A stretch of 48,859 nt of DNA. Origin: an uncultured Bacteroidales bacterium. Lineage in GTDB: Bacteria; Bacteroidota; Bacteroidia; Bacteroidales; UBA4417. A program made the position numbers and the translations under genes. Positions 17,653 through 24,306 of this stretch are shown here, in pieces; positions within the stretch are counted from its first letter, which is position 1, and the number at the start of each line of letters is the position of its first letter. Under the pieces are notes generated by a model. The model ran no database searches and had not been told where the DNA came from. It worked only from the letters and a program-made list of their open reading frames with translations. The stretch covers positions 1 to 48,859 of the forward strand of contig CAISRK010000473.1 of the NCBI GenBank assembly GCA_903887815.1, given 5' to 3'.

Positions 17653-18273
17653 TTAACAACCTCCGCCCGATGATGCTCCTGCCGGCTTTTTGGTAACGGT
17701 AACGGCTTTTTTTGTACTTGTAGCTACTTCAGTTTTAGTTTCTGAATTTCCGAAAAAGTGCTGGCAGGCAGCCGAACGGAACTGGTAAAGATTTATTTCT
17801 TCAACCGAAGCCGTTTCCACCGGTTTCACGGCTTTTACAATAGTGCTGAACCAGGTATTTATTCCACCCTGCATCACGTAAATACGTTCCATACCCAGCC
17901 GTTTGCATAGAATCCATGCCTGGTCCGACGTAACATCGGAATTAGAATAAAAAACTTTATCCTTTGCTTTCTGGCCGATTATTTCCCTGGCCGGAGCCGA
18001 CAAAAGCGAATCAACCGGGATATTTATCGCTCCTGGTACCTCAAACGTATTGAATTGTTCTTTTGACCGGACATCAATCAGCAACAAAGCAGGATCCTGT
18101 TTTACAAGCCTGTCGGTTATATCGTCGGTTGAGAGGAATCGCGAAGGATCGTCGATAGCCGCCAGCAGCATTTCAGGCCTGAGTTGTTTGTCAGTATCCC
18201 TTTGAGGCATAAAAAGCATCCCGATTCCGAGAGCAATGATAATGCCGGTTAGTAACAGATATTTCTTATTCAT
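17653..18273 (-). CDS. Membrane-anchored rhodanese-homology protein lacking the active-site Cys, with C-terminal SGGGC tail
   Basis: N-terminal TM (LLLTGIIIALGIGMLF). Rhodanese motifs (LLIDVRSKEQFNTFEVPGAINIP ... IYVMQGGINTW). The catalytic-loop position is Ser (VFYSNSDVTS). The tail ...KKPAGASSGGGC-stop was verified in the DNA. Confidence 0.8.
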   Translation of the reverse strand: MNKKYLLLTGIIIALGIGMLFMPQRDTDKQLRPEMLLAAIDDPSRFLSTDDITDRLVKQDPALLLIDVRSKEQFNTFEVPGAINIPVDSLLSAPAREIIGQKAKDKVFYSNSDVTSDQAWILCKRLGMERIYVMQGGINTWFSTIVKAVKPVETASVEEINLYQFRSAACQHFFGNSETKTEVATSTKKAVTVTKKPAGASSGGGC

Positions 18274-18284
18274 AGGTCCCGGTG

Positions 18285-18878
18285 TTAATACTCAACTTTC
18301 TTAACTTTCTTTTCAACAAATGTTGCTCCGTAGAACATGCCGATGGCTGCCAGGATAAGCAGGAACCCGAAAACGGTTTCACGCATGCCAAGCAAATCGT
18401 AAATTTTTACACCACCCAGGTTACGGCTGTTATAAATGCCTTCGAATAAAGGATATAATTCGGAGAAAATAAATACGCCTATAAACAGGCCGGCACTGAA
18501 AAACATGGCATCGATTTTCCCAATGGCAACACCTGTAAAACTTGTACCCGGGCAAAATCCGCCTAACGCAAATCCAAAACCCATGATAATGCCGCCAATA
18601 ATAGCCGACATAACATAATACGGATTGATATACAGCATGGATGCATCCATCCATCCCATATAATCGAAATAAATTATACCGGTCATTGCTGTTATTGCCG
18701 CAGTAAAGAACACCCGCAAAACCACAAAATCGTAACCGAAAAAGGTACCCATAATTTTGCGCGACGAGGAAAACCCCGATGCTTCGAGTGAGAAACCAAA
18801 GCCAGCACCCAGCAACAATGCAATTACATTGTTCCAGGTTTCGGGTATAACGCCCATTGGAATAAGAGGTCCTACCAT
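18285..18878 (-). CDS. YeeE/YedE family sulfur-compound (thiosulfate-type) transporter, second half-protein
   Basis: 197 aa, polytopic. Conserved GGFCPGTS motif with Cys. Typical two-gene YeeE/YedE arrangement. Confidence 0.8.
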   Translation of the reverse strand: MVGPLIPMGVIPETWNNVIALLLGAGFGFSLEASGFSSSRKIMGTFFGYDFVVLRVFFTAAITAMTGIIYFDYMGWMDASMLYINPYYVMSAIIGGIIMGFGFALGGFCPGTSFTGVAIGKIDAMFFSAGLFIGVFIFSELYPLFEGIYNSRNLGGVKIYDLLGMRETVFGFLLILAAIGMFYGATFVEKKVKKVEY

Positions 18879-18934
18879 ATGTTTTTAGTATTAGATGTAG
18901 TTATGTTAAAAGTTTGTTTTGATTTAAGAATACC

Positions 18935-18995
18935 GATTAACGATTTTAGATTTGCGATTTTTCTGTTCTTTCTGATACTTCTAAAATCGTTAATC
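18935..18995 (-). promoter_or_regulatory. Perfect 15-bp inverted repeat (hairpin) in the spacer between the two YeeE/YedE genes
   Basis: gattaacgattttag (18935-18949) and ctaaaatcgttaatc (18981-18995) are exact reverse complements separated by 31 nt. The loop contains gatttgcgat, a 10-mer also present at 40070-40079. Confidence 0.6.
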
Positions 18996-19002
18996 CTTGT
19001 TC

Positions 19003-19530
19003 TTAAATCCATAGTTTCTTGAAAATCCAGGAAAACACATAAGCTGATCCGAAAATCGCCATCATGGTAATGATTCCCGAAGCCGAAAGTACAGCCATAC
19101 CGCTTAATGCAGCCCCGCTGGTGCAACCGCGTGCGAACTGCGAACCGACACCGAACAGGATACCTCCTATTATAGCCGCCACCAGCCGTTTCCGGCTGGT
19201 AATCTTGGGTGAATGTTCGGTTTTGAACTTCAATCGCCCGTAAAGAGTTCCTGAAAGGAATCCCCCGACAAGCACACCTATAACTTCGAAAACAAGCCAG
19301 TTATTCATCGGGCTGCCTTCGTCGCCCAGGAATTTGCTGTAATATTTGTTATTATCGGCATGAACAGGTGCTACTGCATGAACGGCAGTAACCACAGTGC
19401 TTTTTACAGCGCCGCTGGCACCTAGCCCGCGTCCGGTTATATAATAGGTACTGAAAAGTACCAGGCCCAGCAATACACCACCCAGGTATGGATTGATGTA
19501 AAAGGTACCGTCTCTTTTAAGCTTTTCCAT
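19003..19530 (-). CDS. YeeE/YedE family sulfur-compound transporter, first half-protein
   Basis: 175 aa, polytopic. Motifs ITGRGLGASGA and FARGCTSGAALSG with a conserved Cys. Confidence 0.8.
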   Translation of the reverse strand: MEKLKRDGTFYINPYLGGVLLGLVLFSTYYITGRGLGASGAVKSTVVTAVHAVAPVHADNNKYYSKFLGDEGSPMNNWLVFEVIGVLVGGFLSGTLYGRLKFKTEHSPKITSRKRLVAAIIGGILFGVGSQFARGCTSGAALSGMAVLSASGIITMMAIFGSAYVFSWIFKKLWI

Positions 19531-19625
19531 GATTAAAATATTTTGTTTTGAAAGTAATTTCTGTTTTTAATATTCGAAAGACAGAAGCCAGAATAATGAA
19601 GTCGGTGTCGGAAGTCAAATATGTT

Positions 19626-19689
19626 CCCTTGTCGCCTTGTCTCCATTTCGCCTTGTCGCCTTGTCCCCATTTAGCCTTGTCGCCTTATC
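19626..19689. repeat. 8 x 8-bp tandem array (GCCTTGTC-type)
   Basis: cccttgtc gccttgtc tccatttc gccttgtc gccttgtc cccattta gccttgtc gccttatc, read directly between psrC and yeeE. Confidence 0.85.
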
Positions 19690-19704
19690 ACCGAACCCAC
19701 CAAT

Positions 19705-19739
19705 CCCTAACCCCTAAAACCTAACCCTCAACCCCTAGT
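19705..19739. repeat. 5 x 7-bp CCCTAAN array (G-rich on the transcribed minus strand)
   Basis: ccctaac ccctaaa acctaac cctcaac ccctagt. It overlaps the psrC stop codon (19735-19737). Confidence 0.8.
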
Positions 19740-20676
19740 ACAAATACCGTGTTATCTGCCCAGCTTCCACCATGATGAACCTAAAAATAAGGCCTCCAAA
19801 AAGTATAAAAACAGCAGGAATTATGATTGGCATTTTGTAACCTATAAGCTCCAGTACCTCAAGTATAGCAGGGAAGATCAATCCCAGCAAAATCACAAAC
19901 ACAAAGAACGGAACGGTAAACTGCCCGCCAAGGAAAAGATTGGCTGCATTGATCTGCACCTCGGATCCTGCAAGGAAACCCATGATCATGTGGGTGATAA
20001 AAAACAGTTCGACTACGATAAAAAGGAGGTCGAGGCGGCTTATGATCCTCCGTTCCTCGTGGCTTTTACTCATAAGAATAATGCAGGCTGCCCCGGTCGA
20101 CATACCCGACACCAGGAACAACGGCCCGAGAATGGTTGTATTCCACAATGGACGTGCATTAAAGGCCGAAAGAAGTATACCTGTATAAATCCCGAGTATA
20201 ACGGCATAAATAGCCATAGGCCAGGCGATATACCAACGGTTTCTGATAACCCAGGCTTCGAATGTATACAGGAATTTGAATTTCCAGTCCCAGTTTGGGA
20301 ATACTTCCCTGATATAACTTGCCGACCAGATTATCGAAATCGGGGTCATGATCATTAAAACCCAGGCGCCCCAGCCCATAGGCGATTCGAGGCGGATGGT
20401 TGTGTACAACTGCCAGAAATACATCTTATGCTTCAGATCGAGGAAAAGCATAAACAAGCCTATTATAAGAGCAAACGGTACCAGGAAAGGCGCCCATTTC
20501 ACCGTAGCAGGCATTTCTTTTTCTTTTCCAAGGATGGTATAAACCCCGGCGAGGAAGAGTATTCCTGCGGCCAGTCCTCCAAGGAAAAGGTAAATAGGTA
20601 TCTGCCAGTGCCATATATGCAGGTAAGGGTCAATATTGGGAATATTGCGACCGCTTACAAATAATTCTTCTTTCAT
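19735..20676 (-). CDS. psrC: NrfD/PsrC-type polytopic quinol-interacting membrane anchor of the molybdoenzyme
   Basis: 313 aa with about 8 predicted TM helices, directly downstream of the 4Fe-4S subunit. Size and position match PsrC/PhsC (NrfD family). Confidence 0.8.
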   Translation of the reverse strand: MKEELFVSGRNIPNIDPYLHIWHWQIPIYLFLGGLAAGILFLAGVYTILGKEKEMPATVKWAPFLVPFALIIGLFMLFLDLKHKMYFWQLYTTIRLESPMGWGAWVLMIMTPISIIWSASYIREVFPNWDWKFKFLYTFEAWVIRNRWYIAWPMAIYAVILGIYTGILLSAFNARPLWNTTILGPLFLVSGMSTGAACIILMSKSHEERRIISRLDLLFIVVELFFITHMIMGFLAGSEVQINAANLFLGGQFTVPFFVFVILLGLIFPAILEVLELIGYKMPIIIPAVFILFGGLIFRFIMVEAGQITRYLY

Positions 20677-20700
20677 AGTTTTCTGTCTTTGCGCTAACGG

Positions 20701-21234
20701 TTATACTAAGTAGAAAATCTGTGGTTTTGTTCCGGCTTCGGGTGCAAGTGCCTTGAATTTCCTGTTTTTCAATACATTGACAATTTCCGAATTGGGATCT
20801 TCAAGGTCGCCGAAATACATGCAGCTGGTTGGGCAAACGCTGACACAGGCAGGTTTCTCGCCTTTGCGAACGCGATGGATACAGAAAGTACATTTATCAA
20901 CATACCCGTCAGGATGCGAATATCTGGCTTCATACGGGCAGGATTCGATGCAGGCGCCGCATCCGATACATTTGTTGTGAGTTACAAGTACAATTCCCCC
21001 ATCCTCAAAATGGCTTGCACCTGTCGGGCAGCAACGCACACAGGGTGAATTGTCGCAGTGGTTACACCGTTCCGACCGCAGTTCGATACTTACATTCGGA
21101 TAGGTTCCATCAACGGTTTCGCTAACCCAGTCGCGGCAGAAACCTATAGGGACATTGTTTTCGGTCTGGCAGGCGACCACGCAGTCGCTGCACCCCACAC
21201 ATTTGCGGGTATCTATAGCCATTGCATATCTCAT
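20701..21234 (-). CDS. psrB: 4x[4Fe-4S] ferredoxin-type electron-transfer subunit
   Basis: Four Cys clusters: CVGCSDCVVAC, CNHCDNSPCVRCCP, CIGCGACIESCP and CTFC...CVSVCP. The start overlaps the psrA stop (ATGA at 21231-21234). Confidence 0.9.
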   Translation of the reverse strand: MRYAMAIDTRKCVGCSDCVVACQTENNVPIGFCRDWVSETVDGTYPNVSIELRSERCNHCDNSPCVRCCPTGASHFEDGGIVLVTHNKCIGCGACIESCPYEARYSHPDGYVDKCTFCIHRVRKGEKPACVSVCPTSCMYFGDLEDPNSEIVNVLKNRKFKALAPEAGTKPQIFYLV

Positions 21235-23477
21235 GACTCGGTCTCCTTTCGCGGATCGTCCTTAATAAAAGTTATAAAATTGCCCCGCATACCGGTGCCA
21301 CCCATTATAGGGTCGATCATCACATTGGTAATCATCTCGGTATCATTTGCACCGCGGCCGTAAGCCAGGTGAAGCGGTTTATGGTGATGCCCGAATCCGT
21401 GAACGATATAAACCGAATCCCATCGGATCCGTTCGGTCAACCTTACTTTTACAGGGAATTTCGAAATTTCGCCATCCTGGTTCTTAAGCCAAACATACTG
21501 GTCCTTCTTAAATCCCCATATGCCGGCTACCTGCGGGTTAACCCAAACTGAATTTTCGGGCATCAGGGCAACCAGGTTGGGGTTGTTGGCGGTACGGCTA
21601 AAGGTATGCATAGGAGCCCGGCCGTATATGAGGCGGTAAAATCCTTCCTCCGGTTCAGGATGTTTTGTAAATAAAGGCATAGGGTCGAAACCGGCTGCGG
21701 CGAGTTCGTGCGAAAACAACTGAATCTTACCCGAGGCAGTCTTAAAAATATGAGGTGTTCCCGGTTCAATATAGGGTGAAGTTTTGCGTGCAATCTTTTT
21801 CACACCAATACGCTGCATTTCGGCAAGTGAGGATCCAACCTGTTTCAACTGCCAGTCAAGCACTTCTGTATACTCTTTATAATTGAAGAACGCAGCAAGG
21901 CCAAGTCGTTCACCAAGTTGTTTGGCTATCCACCAGGCTGGCTTGGTTTGGTTTTTAGGATCAACTGCCGGCATGCGAAGTCCCAAAGTTGGTTCGCGGT
22001 GCGCTGTAGTGCGGATGTCGTCGTATCGCTCAAGATATGTACATTCAGGAAGAACCACATCAGCATAGCCTGTAATCTCCATTGGCATTGTATCAACAAC
22101 AATCAGAAGATCAAGCGATTGCAGGGCTTTCTTAAACTGCTCTTTTAATGGAACCGTAGATACCAGGTTTGTACCAGCTACAACCCAGCCTTTAATTTTT
22201 GCTTCCTGTCCTCCCGCGGGACTTGAAGCTTCAATTACCAGGTTGGTTGGAGCTTCGTTGGCCAATGGATAATTTCCGTTCAACAGGTCTTTCCAGGTCC
22301 AGGCGGGTTTAGGATATTCGGGATGCGGGAATTCAGGTATTTTTATTCCTTCTTTAAAGAATATTCCACCCCTGTTCCCCCATGAACCCAGGAGTGCGTT
22401 CAGAATAGCAATTGCCCTTGTACGCTGGACGTCATCACCATACCAGGCTGTATGGCGGCCCGGATGAATTATAGTTGAAGGTGCAGCGTTTGCCATTTCA
22501 CGTGCAGTGCTGCGGATAAGATCAGGTTTTAAAGTGGTAATGCCATACGCCCATTCGGGGGTGAAGGAGACAACATGCGCTTTCAGTTCCTCGAGCCCTT
22601 CGGCATTGGCTGCAACATATTCTTTGTTGTACAAATCATCATAGATGAGTACATGTATCCAGGCAAGTAAAAGTGCTATATCTGTCGATGGTTTTATAGG
22701 CAGCCAGTATTTCGATTTTGAGGCGGCAGTCGAAAGACGGGGATCGACCGTAATGATAACGGCACCGTTGTCGATAGCCTGACTCATTTCCTGAACCTGC
22801 CCGTTATGCATGTTTTCACCTATATGGGAACCGATAAGGACAAGGCACCGGGTATCGCGTATGTCGGTAACTTCGGGACTGCTGACCGATTCCCCGAAAG
22901 TTGCTTCGAAGCCTACATCGCGGGCCCCGCGGCATTGTGCAAACGAAGGAGCAGCCATATTGCCCGTGCCGTAAGCTTTCATGAGATGTGTCAGGTAGTT
23001 GGCCGGGGATCCGTGCATGAACAGAGCCATGCTTTCGGGACCATACTTGGCTTTCATATCCGACATTTTTGTGGCTACAAAATCCAGGGCTTCGTCCCAG
23101 CTGGCTTCGCGGTAAGTTTGTTTTCCATCCTTAATCACCCGCAATAAGGGGGTTTTAAGCCGGTCGGGATCGTTATACATTCCAACACCACCGGTACCGC
23201 GCGGGCAGAGTTTGCCGTTGCACTGGGGATCGTCGTAATTCCCGGTGATTTTTTTAATATTCCCGTCTTCGGTAACATGAGCCCAACCGGCACATTTCCA
23301 GAAACACACCTCGCAATAGGTTGGGTAGCGGTGAAGCTTCTCCTTGCCTCCACCGGTCATCGCCAAAAGATCATCCAAAACAGTTGATCCAAAGGTATAA
23401 CGTGAGATCCCTGCACCCAGTGCCAGTGTTCCGGCTCCCAAAGCTGAAATTTTAATAAAATCTCTCCTTGTCTTCAT
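21231..23477 (-). CDS. psrA: Periplasmic Mo-bisPGD oxidoreductase catalytic subunit, polysulfide/thiosulfate reductase (PsrA/PhsA) type
   Basis: Tat signal MKTRRDFIKISALGAGTLALGAG. I placed the start at this Met (23477) rather than the ORF-track start at 23519. N-terminal FeS motif CEVCFWKCAGW...CPRG. About 748 aa, as for PsrA/PhsA. Followed by psrB and psrC. Confidence 0.85.
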   Translation of the reverse strand: MKTRRDFIKISALGAGTLALGAGISRYTFGSTVLDDLLAMTGGGKEKLHRYPTYCEVCFWKCAGWAHVTEDGNIKKITGNYDDPQCNGKLCPRGTGGVGMYNDPDRLKTPLLRVIKDGKQTYREASWDEALDFVATKMSDMKAKYGPESMALFMHGSPANYLTHLMKAYGTGNMAAPSFAQCRGARDVGFEATFGESVSSPEVTDIRDTRCLVLIGSHIGENMHNGQVQEMSQAIDNGAVIITVDPRLSTAASKSKYWLPIKPSTDIALLLAWIHVLIYDDLYNKEYVAANAEGLEELKAHVVSFTPEWAYGITTLKPDLIRSTAREMANAAPSTIIHPGRHTAWYGDDVQRTRAIAILNALLGSWGNRGGIFFKEGIKIPEFPHPEYPKPAWTWKDLLNGNYPLANEAPTNLVIEASSPAGGQEAKIKGWVVAGTNLVSTVPLKEQFKKALQSLDLLIVVDTMPMEITGYADVVLPECTYLERYDDIRTTAHREPTLGLRMPAVDPKNQTKPAWWIAKQLGERLGLAAFFNYKEYTEVLDWQLKQVGSSLAEMQRIGVKKIARKTSPYIEPGTPHIFKTASGKIQLFSHELAAAGFDPMPLFTKHPEPEEGFYRLIYGRAPMHTFSRTANNPNLVALMPENSVWVNPQVAGIWGFKKDQYVWLKNQDGEISKFPVKVRLTERIRWDSVYIVHGFGHHHKPLHLAYGRGANDTEMITNVMIDPIMGGTGMRGNFITFIKDDPRKETES

Positions 23478-23547
23478 GTAGCATTTTAATTTGGCAATCA
23501 AATACTTACTGATGCACATCAGCCTTTTCTGATTGTTTATTGAATAA

Positions 23548-23579
23548 CAAAAGTATGGTAATGCCTCATATGATTCAAA
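23548..23579 (-). promoter_or_regulatory. Candidate Bacteroidota sigma-A promoter for the psr operon
   Basis: On the minus strand TTTG (23579-23576), then 20 nt, then TActTTTG (23555-23548). This matches the -33 TTTG / -7 TAnnTTTG consensus and its spacing. Confidence 0.4.
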
Positions 23580-23788
23580 AAAAGCAATTCTTCCGAATTA
23601 CAACTCATATCTTTGATTATCTGCACATTACAATATAATCTATATCCATACAAATTAGCCTGAAATATTTATCTTCTCATTATCAACACTATACGTATTT
23701 ATTTAGAACATATATAAATTGCATGCCTTGTTGCTATAATCCTGATATACAGTATTTTAAACAATAATATAACTGCTCAAAATAAAAG

Positions 23789-23802
23789 TTGACACAGATC
23801 AT
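23789..23802 (+). promoter_or_regulatory. FNR/CRP-like box upstream of the Rieske gene
   Basis: TTGACacagATCAT compared with the consensus TTGAT-N4-ATCAA (2 mismatches), 41-54 nt upstream of the 23843 start codon. Confidence 0.35.
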
Positions 23803-23842
23803 AAAATAACATGATCCGGACCTGATTAACAGTAAAGAGGGA

Positions 23843-24304
23843 ATGTTTCATGGATTCAAAATCTTCATAGTTTTGACAATTGATAGTACCGCCTTGGAAC
23901 CTCAGAAATACATTAACAGGAAAACTTTTTTACGGCTGTCTGCAACTGCTTTGGCTGTTGCGTTTCTTGCATTATGGGACAGGCTTACCAACCGCCAGAA
24001 AGTACTGCTTGAAAGCCCGGTAATTACCAGGCTTAATACAGCTACACTCGGAACAGGCACCTATCTGTTCGAAAGGTTTATTGTTTATAAATCAGCCGAT
24101 TCCCTGAAAATCTTCTCAAATAAGTGTACCCATGCCGGCTGCCGGATAAACCAGGAACTGGAAGGACAACTTATCTGCCCCTGCCACGGTTCCCGGTACG
24201 AAGCTGCTACCGGGAAAGTCGTTCAGGGCCCTGCAGGGCTTGATCTGCCTTCGATTCTATTTACATCCGATACAAAAACCGGCGAAATCATTATAAGATT
24301 CTGA
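23843..24304 (+). CDS. Rieske [2Fe-2S] protein, bc-complex type
   Basis: Box I CTHAGC and box II CPCHGS, including the disulfide Cys pair typical of Rieske/cyt b complexes. N-terminal hydrophobic anchor (FLRLSATALAVAFLALW). The exact start is uncertain. Confidence 0.85.
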   Translation: MFHGFKIFIVLTIDSTALEPQKYINRKTFLRLSATALAVAFLALWDRLTNRQKVLLESPVITRLNTATLGTGTYLFERFIVYKSADSLKIFSNKCTHAGCRINQELEGQLICPCHGSRYEAATGKVVQGPAGLDLPSILFTSDTKTGEIIIRF

Positions 24305-24306
24305 AT

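Noticed and set aside
18285-19530. Possibility that the two YeeE/YedE ORFs are one frameshifted pseudogene, bridged by the 84-aa ORF at 18872-19126
   Set aside because: Each half has its own start codon and its own conserved Cys motif (GCTSG / FCPGT). The 124-nt spacer is repeat-filled non-coding DNA. Two-gene YeeE/YedE arrangements are common. The bridging ORF has an implausible composition.
19705-19739. True telomeric repeat or linear-replicon end
   Set aside because: There are only ~5 degenerate CCCTAAN units, embedded between two genes of one operon in an otherwise continuous bacterial gene array.
23478-23519. 14-codon N-terminal extension of psrA (MCISKYLIAKLKCY) given by the ORF track
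   Set aside because: Tat signals sit at the extreme N-terminus. Met15 begins a canonical MKTRRDFIK twin-arginine signal, so I placed the start at 23477.
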